A stretch of 22,081 bases of DNA, taken from NCBI RefSeq assembly GCF_006345805.1, contig NW_021836947.1:1-22081 (forward strand), written 5' to 3'. The DNA comes from Octopus sinensis. Taxonomy: Eukaryota. Below are positions 1-9,836 of the stretch, piece after piece (the first letter of the stretch is position 1; the number at the start of each line of letters is the position of its first letter). The translations under genes and the position numbers were made by a program. The notes under the pieces were generated by a model. It saw nothing but the letters and a program-made list of their open reading frames with translations, was not told the DNA's origin and ran no database searches.

Positions 1-35
<35 letters not shown>

Positions 36-112
36 TGTATGTATGTATGTATGTATGTATGTATGCATGCATGCATTAATATGTATACATAGTATATACA
101 CATATATACCTA

Positions 113-180
<68 letters not shown>
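1..180. repeat. Compound microsatellite (ATGT)n/(AT)n/(AG)n
   Basis: Read directly: ATGT array ~7-65, AT array ~111-146, AG array ~152-180. Confidence 0.95.
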
Positions 181-183
<3 letters not shown>

Positions 184-270
184 ATATTTTTGTTTATTAT
201 ATAGACAGCGCTGTGAAGTGCTCAGGCAGACAACCTGAGACGTTCGATATATATATTATATTCAAAAGGA

Positions 271-983
271 GAATTCAGGTAGGTTCAATGATGTAGAATA
301 ATAACACAATATATACTCACCCATAAAACCGGTGTATGCATATTATTAAAATATATTTAATGTATCACTCATTAAAAATTAAAACATATTAAACATTTAC
401 AGATACATGAATATATAAAAAATATAATAGGCATGTATAGGTAGAAAAACTATACTGATGTTTAAAAATATATTAGCATCATAAAAGGTATATATTGAAG
501 ACATCGTCCTACTTACCGATTAAGAGCGGTGTTAAAAAGCTATTTAAAAAATATTAAAAAATAAAAGTGCAAATCCTCACGAAAAGGTGAATGAAGAAAT
601 GTTTAAACATCCAGATGGAAGATAAAGTTTCCAATAATTAGATGGTGGTATTCCAATTTCAAGAATTAAGTGGTGATACTCCGACGGCCGTTTCAAGGGT
701 ACAATAATCCATACAAATAAAGGATATTCCTATCCAAATTTAAGACACTGCTTCCTTCATCAGGGACAATGTATTAGTTAAGGTTTCACATCTCATATAC
801 TGTTTTTCTACCCATGTATACATGTATTACATTTTTATATATTCATGTATCTGCAAATTTTTAATATGCTTTAATATTTTAATGAATGATATATTAAATA
901 TATTTTAATAATATGCATACACCAGTTTTATGGCTGAGTATATGTTGTATTATTATTCTAACTTGTTGAAACTACCTGAATTC
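271..983. mobile_element. Inverted-repeat unit (arms 271-450 and 802-983), probably a Penelope-like element terminal remnant
   Basis: GAATTCAGGTAG...GTAGAAAAAC (271-450) is the reverse complement of 802-983 at roughly 80-85% identity by eye. The spacer holds a hammerhead-like motif. The PLE assignment is inference. Confidence 0.5.
680..766 (-). ncRNA. Candidate type I hammerhead ribozyme
   Basis: Minus strand reads UCC-CUGAUGA-AGG...(long loop)...CCUU-GAAA-C-GGCC-G-UC^GGA. The core boxes are canonical, stem I is 3 bp (UCC/GGA), stem III is palindromic (ACGGCCGU) and stem II is weak. Confidence 0.55.
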
Positions 984-985
984 TT

Positions 986-1155
986 TGGCTATGTGGTGAG
1001 AAGCTTGCTTCCCAACCACATAGTTCCGCGTTCAGTTACACTGCGTGGTACCTTGAGCAAGTGTCTTCTACTATAGCCTCGGATCGACCAAAGCCTTGTG
1101 AGTGGATTTGGTGGACGGAAACTGAAAGAAGTTATATATATATATATATATATAT

Positions 1156-1195
<40 letters not shown>

Positions 1196-1455
1196 CGGAG
1201 ATATTCTTGCAGAGCACGTGACTTGATCTGAGATCGAGTGCTGAAACAAAAGCAATTGTAGCGTGGAAGGTGTTCATAACCCTTTAAAGCACACAAAAAC
1301 CCGTTAGATTGACTTCAACATTTAAATTTATTTGGTCAAACATTTTCGTCGCTTTGAAACCACGATCTGTTCACTGACAAAATTCCGTGCTGCATCTCAG
1401 CATCACGTTATATGTGTATGTATGTATGTGTATATATATATATATTATATATATA

Positions 1456-1507
<52 letters not shown>

Positions 1508-1667
1508 ATATATATATATATCTATATATATATATATATAGATAAATATAATATTATATATATATATTTGTGTTTGTGTTTGTCCCCACCGCCATTGCTT
1601 GACAACCGATGTTGATGTGTCTACGTCCCCGTAACTGTCGTGGTTCGGCAAAAGAGAGACCGATAGA
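986..1667 (+). mobile_element. tRNA-derived SINE family A, interrupted and 3'-truncated
   Basis: Head 986-1131 (GGCTATGTGG...GGAAACTGAAAGAAG) and body 1568-1667 match the complete copy at 7519-7938. The internal (TA)n is split by an insert at ~1195-1408. Confidence 0.85.
1195..1408 (-). mobile_element. ~215-bp insert in the SINE's TA array, carrying a hammerhead-like motif
   Basis: Non-SINE sequence bounded by TA arrays. It has imperfect inverted motifs ACGTGA..CTGAGAT (~1217-1240 vs ~1390-1408) and a ribozyme-like motif at 1335-1378. Confidence 0.45.
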
Positions 1668-2092
1668 GGCCTGGGACGATTTGTTTTGATTTGTATATGA
1701 AACACTTTGAAGCGCTCAAATGATTCAAATACATACGCCGATGTCTCTACGAGGGACACTTCCGCAGAGTAAAGAGTGGCTATAAGAGAAATCCAGGCGA
1801 GCAGATATGGAGGCAATTATGTGGATAAATAGAATATAACAGCTTGGGTTTGATATGCAATATGTGTGTGTGTGTTGTGTGTGTGTGCGTGTATGTGTGT
1901 GCGCGCGCGCGTATTCGTGTAAACAGAAAGAAAGTAAATACCGGAGATTTTTTGACGATGAATATTTAAGTATAAAAATATAGATATCTATATATTAATA
2001 ATAGAAATATAAATATCGATAGATAGGTCAAACTTATACAGAGTACAAACGGCAGAGAAAATGAAAGGGGAGGAGGCAACGTGATATCTATA

Positions 2093-2474
2093 TCTTCTAT
2101 CTTTTATTTGCTTGTTTCAGTCATTTGACTGCGGCCATGCCGCCGCACCACCTTCACTATTTAGACGAATGAATCGATCCCAGTACTTCTTGTTTTTAAG
2201 CCTGGTACTTACTCTATCAGTCATTTTGCCGGGACCGTTAATAAGAATACGGGGACAAAAAGAGCACAACAACAAACCGGGTAATCAAGCGGTGAGGGGG
2301 TGGCGAATGTACAAACATAGACACAAAGACACACACACACACACCCACATATACTCACGAGGCTTTGGTGGGTCTGGATCTATAGTGGAAGACACTTGAC
2401 CAAAGTGTCACGCAGTGAAACTGAACCCGAAACTATGTGATTGGGAAGCAAGCTTCTTACCACACAGACACGCC
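2093..2474 (-). mobile_element. SINE family A, diverged near-full-length copy
   Basis: Tail (CTTGTTTCAGTCATTTGACTGCGGCCATGC), internal (CA)n and head (...GGGAAGCAAGCTTCTTACCACACAG) are reverse complements of the 7519 copy. Confidence 0.85.
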
Positions 2475-2658
2475 GAAAGATATTTTTTGTAAATGATGAC
2501 AAGATTTCAAGCACTGAAGAAAAACGAGTCAGGACATGTAAATAAGTTCGTACAATAACTGGCTTTTATATGTTTTATTCATGACAACAGAATAATAGAG
2601 GAATTTTTGTGCTGTCAAGAAATTCCTTTGAAACTAGAAGCGAAGATATATTTTAGAT

Positions 2659-2796
2659 CAGGCATGAGCAATCTTTTTTCAAGGAGCGGGCAGTATGAGA
2701 CATAGCTCATCAGGAGATGAGCTAAATTACTAAAAAAATTCGAAGTATTATTTTGTAATTCAGAAAGTCCCGGAGGCCGCAGTTTCTTCATGGCTG
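2659..2796. mobile_element. hAT-type MITE with 8-bp TSD
   Basis: Ends are CAGGCATGAGCAA and TTTCTTCATGGCTG (imperfect TIR). Flanks are TTTTAGAT (2651-2658) and TTTTAGAC (2797-2804), with the central TA typical of Buster/Charlie targets. Confidence 0.8.
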
Positions 2797-3171
2797 TTTT
2801 AGACTGTTTCATGAAGGAAAACATTTTGCCATAGATAGATTAGTTACGACAATATATATTACACCCTCAATTACTCGTTTGTCAAAAGACTTCACATCTT
2901 TGACCATAAAGGAGAATAAAAATTTTTGCTATTCAATTGAAAGCTACTCAGTTGTTCAAATGGTCAATTATATTGAAAGTATACCTCTTCAAATCAAGAG
3001 ATTGAAACAAAGTTTCAAAACCTCATTTTCCTCAGTGAATTCATTGATTCTCAGGAGGTCGACTGCTTCGTTGTGTATACGAAGTTATATTGTTTTAAAC
3101 ATTTTCAATAGAATCAACGAATTGAATTTTATGATTGAATTTGAAACGAGGTTTGTTGCTGACATTCATTC

Positions 3172-3307
3172 TTTATCTTTTACTTGTTTCAGTCATTAGA
3201 CTGCGGCCATGCTGGGTACCGCCTTGAAAACTTGAAAATAGTATAACTGCATCAAAGAATTTCCAAAACACTCCAAATGTATAATATATATATATATATG
3301 TGTGTGT

Positions 3308-3372
<65 letters not shown>

Positions 3373-3506
3373 CGACGAACTTCTTTCAGTTTCCGTCTCC
3401 CAAATCTACTCATATGGTTATAGAAGAAGATATTTGCCCAAGGTTCTACGCTGTGGGACTGAACCCGAACCAAGTGAATGAGAAGTAAGATTCTTACCAG
3501 GCAGCC
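3172..3506 (-). mobile_element. SINE family A, internally deleted
   Basis: Tail 3172-3237, (GT)n 3300-3368 and head 3370-3506 match family A in reverse; the body is missing. Confidence 0.8.
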
Positions 3507-3527
3507 ATTTGAGAGAGACAGCCATAA

Positions 3528-3908
3528 GGCGGTGAGCTAGCAGAACCGTTAGCACGCTGGGCGAAATGCTTAGCGGTATTTCGTTTGCCGCTACGTTCTG
3601 GGTTCGAATTCCGCCAAGGTCGATTTTGCCTTTCATCCTTTCGAGGTCGATTAAATAAGTACCAGTTACTCACTTGGGTCGATATAATCGACTTAATCAT
3701 TTTGTCTGTCCTTATTTGTCTCCTCTGTGTTTAGCTCTTTGTGGGTAGTAAAGAAATAGGTATCTCGTCTGCCGTTACATTCTGAGTTCAAATTCCGCCG
3801 AGGTCAACTTTGCCTTTCATCCTTTCGGGATGGGTAAATTATGTACCAGTTGCGTACTGACCCCCTCCCCAAACATTTTGGGCCTTGTGCCTAGAGTAGA
3901 AAAGAATA
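3528..3908 (+). mobile_element. tRNA-derived SINE family B, dimer-like
   Basis: Starts GGCGGTGAGCTAGCAGAA with a B box GGTTCGAATTCC at 3601-3612. Segment 3575-3673 is repeated at 3759-3858 and is homologous to 20475-20692. Confidence 0.85.
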
Positions 3909-4991
3909 AGATAAATACCAGCATTGAAAGGAAAGAAGAAATATGAAAAGGGAAAGTTTCCAAATTTTTATCAAAAGCAAAGTGCAACTCAAAATACGAT
4001 ATTACTTAAGTCTTTCATCATTATATATTATTTGAAGATAAAACACTGCGTTCTTCCCTAATATCAAAGTGCAAAATATGATTAAATCAGAAATCTGGTT
4101 CATCCACTTCAATATTTTTCCCCCGTTGATTAAAGAATTTACTGAAACAAAAATTTTAAAAACTTATCACAGTTTATTTACAACTTATAAAGAGTGTAAA
4201 TTGGAATGTTTCTGGATTTAACTGTTAGATAACATTCCACTTTGCGAAAGGGCTAAAAGTTCTTTTCGATTTTCAAATATGACTAACGAAAAAACGCTGA
4301 AATGCGAAAGTTTAAATGTGCTAGATGACGAAACGAGGGTACATTTATCGAACATTCCACGAATATTTCAGACACTTCTGTTCCTTACACTGAGCTCATT
4401 TATCTCGTTGGGTTGCTTTTTGTTTTGTTTTTTGTTTTTGTTTTTGTTGTTTTTTGTTGTTGTTTTTTTGTTTGTTTTTTTTGTTTAGTATATAAGCGAT
4501 GGTTTAACTGGCAAAATATATTTATACATTATGAAGTTATTCATTTTGCCCTGTTTTAGACATTCTTTTTTATATTTTTGAAAAGTGAAAATTATCAACT
4601 TAGACATTAGTATGGGGAAAAGATGACTTAGAATCCAATAAGGAGAATAATATTCATTGTTAAACAGAAATGATTATCCAGATATTCTATTAGCAGTCTC
4701 AATTACAATCGAGTCAAACTTCAAGAAAAGCTTCTTGAAAACAAAGAACCTGTCACCTGACTATATTTCACACACTCTCAAGTTCAACAACAACAACAAC
4801 AACTATGCTGATTAATTTTTGCTCCTAAAGATGATGAACAGTACAAAATAATGATACAATAATTTCAATGTAATGATTTCAAACAGGTAGGGAGAAAATA
4901 ACTAGAAATCAGAAATTACTCATTTTGCTCCAGTTACCAATTTTGCACCACCCCACCCCGCTCCTATATATGAATGTGTGTGTTATATATA

Positions 4992-5026
<35 letters not shown>

Positions 5027-5574
5027 CGAGCAAAACGCCCCCCCCCCGTCCAATGGACGGTGCTGAGTTGTCAAACATTTAAACCAAATTTTCTCAAAAC
5101 ATCTTGTCCGACCGTCCCATAGGCCTCCCCTTTGAGAAACACTGATTTAACCTAAATTTGAGACACTTAGCAAAAGAAGATAGACTTTTTTTCTACTCCA
5201 AAGAAAAACGATTTTATTCACACATATATGCAACCGAAGAGTTTAAAGTACCAGTAATGATAAGGCTGTTGACTGGGAGAACACAAACATGGTTTAAACG
5301 GTAAGTTTGGCAGGAAAGAAACGTGCCTTTAAGCAGTACAAAAACAACAAAAAATGGAAGGTGCAGTTATGAACAGGTTGACGGAAGAAAAGCAGGACAA
5401 AAGCGGCTTTATCGATCGCATTCTCACCTGGAATCGATTTTTGTAATTTTTTCAAGATTTCTATACACCCTGATACAGTCGGTATCTACATATCAAATTT
5501 GAGCACAATCGGATGGAGGATGCCCGAGATCCGAGAAGACACACACACAGACAGAACAGATTTTATATAATAGA
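5027..5574 (-). mobile_element. Non-autonomous Helitron
   Basis: Minus strand starts A|TCTATTATATAAAATCTGTTCTGTCTGTGTG. It ends with hairpin CCGTCCA-N-TGGACGG (5046-5060) then CTCG|T (CTAG variant), in an A|T target. Confidence 0.75.
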
Positions 5575-5676
5575 TATAACAGCATAGTAACTCAATAGCT
5601 GAGAGTTTCGTAGCTGCATTTATCAATCTCCTGAATAATGATTTCTATAACACATAGTTGTACTACTAAGTCCGGG

Positions 5677-5683
<7 letters not shown>

Positions 5684-5763
<80 letters not shown>

Positions 5764-5838
5764 TGTGTGCGCGCGCGCGTGTATGTGTGTAAATATATGT
5801 ACATATGTATGTACGTTTATAAGTGTATATGTATGCAT

Positions 5839-5868
<30 letters not shown>
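5684..5868. repeat. Compound (TC)n/(GT)n/(GC)n/(TA)n microsatellite
   Basis: Read directly; source of several spurious ORFs. Confidence 0.95.
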
Positions 5869-5870
<2 letters not shown>

Positions 5871-6245
5871 GGCGCAGGAATGACTGTGTGGAAAGTAGTT
5901 CACTTACCAACCACATGCTTCCAGATTCAGACTCACTGTGTGGCACCTTGAGCTAGTGTCTTCTACTATAGCCGCGGGCCGACAAAAATGCTTGTGAGTG
6001 GATTTGGTAGACGGAAAATGAAAGAAGCCCGTCGTATATAAATGTGTGTATATGTTTATGTGTCTGCGTTTGTCCCTCCACCATTACTTGACAGCCGATG
6101 TTGGTGTGCTTACGTCCCCGGTTCGGCAAAAGAGTCCGATAGAATAAGTACTAGGCTTGCAAAGAATAAGTCCTGGGGTCGATTTGTTCGATTAAAAGGT
6201 AGTGCTCCAACATGGCCACCGTCACACTGAAACAAACACAAGAAT
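5871..6245 (+). mobile_element. SINE family A, full-length
   Basis: GGCGCAGGAATGACTGTGTGG head, short internal AT/GT tract, and body and tail colinear with 7519-7938. Confidence 0.88.
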
Positions 6246-6252
6246 ACATACA

Positions 6253-6889
6253 TACGATGAATACTGGGTTCATCACTTACAGCCAGAGACAAAGAGACAA
6301 TCCATGCAGAAGAAACACCCCTCCTAAACCTGCTCCAAAGAAGACCAAGGTCGTTTCATCTGCAGGGAAGATGATAGCCTCAGTTTTTGAGGGTAAAAAA
6401 GGCATTGTGTTTATTGATTGTCTTCGAATGATCACACCATCAATGAAAAGTACTATGCCAACTTGCTTAGGCATTTATGAAAGTCTTATGAAAGTCCAGG
6501 AAAACTGATGGAAGGGGTCTTGTTTCATCAGGACCATGCTTCAGCACACAAATACTTGGTTTGAATGGCTGCTGTGTGTGACTGTGTCTTTGAACCTGAT
6601 TAGCATCCCTATTCTCCTTATTTGGCCACTTCTGACAATAATCTGTTCCTCAACATGAAAAAAGAGTTGGCTGGGAATCAATATCACAGTGATGATAACG
6701 TCATATCTGCAGTTGATTTTTTTACCAAGTGGATGAAAGCTTCTTTGCCAATAGGATCCAAACAGTGCAACACCGATAGAAGAAGTGTGCGGACCGCATA
6801 GGGGGACTTTGTTGAAAAATAAACCTCATTTGGTCACATTCCATGAGAGTATCTTGGGCAAACTATGAACTTTTCAACTGCCCCGCGTA
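6253..6889 (+). pseudogene. Mariner (DD34D) transposase remnant with right TIR
   Basis: DEYWVHHLQPETKRQSMQ (6256-), KMIASVF, HQDHASAH (6526-) and HPYSPYLATSD (6604-6636; cf. YSPDLAPSD). It ends GAACTTTTCAACTGCCCCGCG-TA and has stops and frameshifts. Confidence 0.9.
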
Positions 6890-6944
6890 AGTTACATGAA
6901 GTCGAATCAAACTGTTATTAAAATATGTGTGTGTGTATAGATAC

Positions 6945-7002
<58 letters not shown>

Positions 7003-7007
7003 GTATA

Positions 7008-7212
7008 CTACTCTTTTACTTGTTTCAGTCATTTGAGTACGGCCATGCTGGAGCACCGCCTTTTGTTGAACAAATCGACCCCAGGACTTATTCTTTGTAA
7101 GCCTGTACTTATTCTATCGGTCTCTTTTACCGAACCGCTAAGTTACGGGGCCGTAAACACACCACCATCAGTTGTCAAGCGATGGTGGGGGACAAGTACA
7201 CAAATACACACA
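7008..7212 (-). mobile_element. SINE family A body and tail (head missing)
   Basis: Reverse complement of ~7725-7925. Confidence 0.88.
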
Positions 7213-7232
7213 TATATATATATATGTATATA

Positions 7233-8171
7233 TCTCTTATGATAAAAGGCAGATTTTCTCTGCCTGTTACCATGTTCCTTTTTAATACAATTGTACAATA
7301 TAGAATTTCTTCAATTGGAATTTACCTATGATTTTTCGAAGTAGATTCGATTGGGTCATGGCATATAATGTTTTTTTCAATTTGACCCCCAATTAAGCAA
7401 AAATTCGAGAGAAGTAAATATTTTACGATTTGCCTCTCTAATTTCAACTGCTATTACCATACTTTCTCCTACTTTCTCTTTGCAAGTCTACCTTAAACCA
7501 CTACTCAAAAAAAATACAGGCGCAGGAGTGGCTGTGTGGTAAGTAGCTTGCTAACCAACCACATGGTTCCGGGTTCAGTCCCACTGCGTGACATCTTGGG
7601 CAAGTGTCTTCTGCTATAGCCCCGGGCCGACCAATGCCTTGTGAGTGGATTTGGTAGACGGAAACTGAAAGAAGCCTGTTGTATATATGTATATATATAT
7701 ATATATTTGTGTGTGTGTGAGTGTGTTTGTGTTTGTCCCCCAAGCATTGCTTGACAACCGATGCTGGTGTGTTTATGTCCGCGTAACTTAGCGGTTCGGC
7801 AAAAGAGACCGATAGAATAAGCACTGGGCTTACAAAAAGAATAAGTCCCGGGGTCGTGTTGCTCGATTAAAGGCGGTGCTCCAGCATGGCCGCAGTCAAC
7901 TGACTGAAACAAGTAAAAGAGTAAAAAAATAGTAAAGAGAGCAAACAGAAACAAATAAATACATAACGATTTACTCCTCACACAATTTCTTCAATTGGAA
8001 TTTACCTATGATTTTTCAAAGTACATTCCCTTCGGTCATGGCATATAAATTTCTTTCAATTTGACCCTCAGTTAAGCAAAAATTCGAGAAAACTCAATAT
8101 TTTACGATTTCCCTCTCTCACTTCAAAGGCTTTACTCCGCCTATTATCACACTTTCTCCCACTTTCTCTTT
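7233..8171 (+). repeat. ~180-bp direct repeat (7304-7481 and 7984-8171), possibly subrepeats of a Helitron-like element starting A|TC at 7233
   Basis: Both copies run AATTTCTTCAATTGGAATTTACCTATGATTTTTC...ACTTTCTCTTT at about 80% identity. The Helitron call rests only on the TCTCTTATGATAAAAGG start; no 3' end was found. Confidence 0.55.
7519..7938 (+). mobile_element. SINE family A, best-preserved copy
   Basis: A-box-like TGGCTGTGTGG, B-box-like GGTTCAGTCCC, internal (TA)/(GT) tract, body, and a GTAAAAGA-type repeated tail. Confidence 0.92.
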
Positions 8172-8263
8172 ACACACACAGACACGCAAACATATACATA
8201 TATGACAGTGTCAATTGTTGAAAGAAAATTGTAAGCTAAGAAGGTGTGTGCGTGTGTGTGTGC

Positions 8264-8295
<32 letters not shown>

Positions 8296-8415
8296 AGGAA
8301 GTGAAGGATAAAAATATGTCAAGAAGTGGACAGATGTACATATATACATACATCCATACATACATACATACATGTGTGTGTGTGTGTATGTATGTGTATT
8401 AATGTGTGTGTGTTA

Positions 8416-8801
8416 TCTCTCTATATATAAAGCTGAAGTTGTCTGTGTGCGCCAGGTTTGGTAGCCTTCAACTAACACTATCTCCTCCGAGGCCCTGCGG
8501 TGCAAGTTGACCAAAATTGAGAGTATGATAGAAGGGTTGCTCTTCCTTCCGTAGAAGATAAAATTCAAATCGGACCATGTTAACACCTAAAATTATTTAC
8601 ATCAAAAAGGTGCTTTTTTCTATGAAAATCCCTATTTTTTAGGATTTTTTCACTGCTGTGTCGCCACTTTTCGGTGTATTTCAACCAGAAAAATGTTCAC
8701 TTGAAGAGAATAACAAGCTACATAATGCTAAAATTTTTACTTTTCAAAAATTCCAATTCAGCGGGTCGAACAACCCGAGCAACGCCGGGCGATACTGGTA
8801 G
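8416..8801 (+). mobile_element. Non-autonomous Helitron
   Basis: Starts A|TCTCTCTATATATAAAGCTGAAGTTGTCTGTGTG. It has a subterminal hairpin CCCGAGCAACGCCGGG (8774-8789) and ends GTAG|T (CTAG variant). Confidence 0.8.
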
Positions 8802-8834
<33 letters not shown>

Positions 8835-8887
8835 TATATATTATATATATATACATATTATATATATATATATATATGTATATATAT

Positions 8888-8932
<45 letters not shown>
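8802..8932. repeat. Imperfect (TA)n array
   Basis: Read directly. Confidence 0.95.
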
Positions 8933-8942
<10 letters not shown>

Positions 8943-9257
8943 TGGTACAACGAAGTACCGATATTTACTGGAAAATAGCGATCGTAATAAATACGACGCT
9001 ATTGTATAGCTCCACTGCGTATATACAAAATATATAAAATATAAATTTAAAATTTAAATTATTAAATTTAAAATTTTTAATTCATATATATAAATTTTTA
9101 TATTTTTTTAAAATTTGAATCTTTGAATTTTTAAACTTTTAATTTTCTAATTTTTTAATTTATTAATTTTTTATATTTTTTTATAACTATCAAAAAGTAT
9201 TAAATAGTTTAATATAATATAATAAGTATTATTATACTTATATTATATTAAACTTTT

Positions 9258-9387
9258 TAGGTAGGTAGGTAGGTAGATAGGTAGGTAGGTAGGTAGGTAG
9301 ATAGGTAGGTAGGTAGATAGATATATAAATAGAGATAGATAGATAGATAGATAGATAGGTAGGTAGGTAGGTAGGTAGGTAGGTAGG

Positions 9388-9461
<74 letters not shown>
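9258..9461. repeat. (GGTA)n/(GATA)n array abutting the LINE 3' end
   Basis: Read directly; pure GATA for about the last 70 bp before the junction. Confidence 0.97.
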
Positions 9462-9836
9462 TGTTTCTTTATTAGCCACACAGGGCTGCACACAGATAGA
9501 ACAAATTACAAGGTAGAGCTTTTCTTTTGAAGGTTTAAAAAAAAAAAAAAGAAAGGAAGGGGGAGTTTCGATCAAAAGGGATCGTAAAAGGAGAGAAAGA
9601 GGACAAAAAAGGGTGTTAAAAAAAAGGGAGAGGAAAAAAAAAAAAATTGATCAATAGGGATCGTTATCACAGAAATGTCAATATGAAGTGTAAAGGGGAG
9701 GACAGGTGAGGTTTACCCGTGGAAAGAAAAGCCTACGGAAAAGACCACGGTAACCTCGGTCAATGGAGTCACATTTTATATTTCTTTTTTTTTTTTTTTT
9801 TGCAAATAAGCAACTCTCTGTTTTCAATTTCTGCGT

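Larger units (their letters stand above)
2523..4410 (+). pseudogene. Decayed hAT (Buster/Charlie-type) transposase, split by three later insertions
   Basis: Colinear fragments with stops and frameshifts: NESGHVNKFVQ*LAFICFIHDNRIIEEFLCCQEIP (cf. DESTD..QLL.F.R...EEFL), ETRSEDIF, LDCFMKENILP*, VVQMVNYIESIPLQ (cf. VK.VN.IKSRPL), H*FSGGRLLRCVYE (cf. RWLSRG), LECFWI and LNVLDDETRVHLSNIPR. Confidence 0.7.

Noticed and set aside
207-247. Hammerhead-like CTGTGA...CTCAGG/CCTGAG...GAGACGTTCG next to the left inverted arm
   Set aside because: The 6-bp hairpin is real, but both core boxes are broken (missing A6, GAGA for GAAA), which is too degenerate to call.
3528-3620. tRNA-like heads with A/B boxes (also 5871, 7519, 14888)
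   Set aside because: They form no complete cloverleaf and continue into SINE bodies, so they are not tRNA genes.
6253-6260. TACGA at the start of the mariner remnant as a left-TIR stub fused to the catalytic domain
   Set aside because: Only 3-5 matching bases, overlapping the GAT-GAA codons; chance cannot be excluded.
1071-9575. Many 60-160 aa ORFs rich in YI, HT, RE, SL, CV or YLSI
   Set aside because: These are translations of microsatellites or SINE sequence; they have no domain motifs.
9785-9801. A17 tract as the LINE's poly(A) terminus
   Set aside because: Structured sequence and an AATAAA continue to the GATA junction at 9462, and no TSD is seen at the tract. Kept only as a possible older end.
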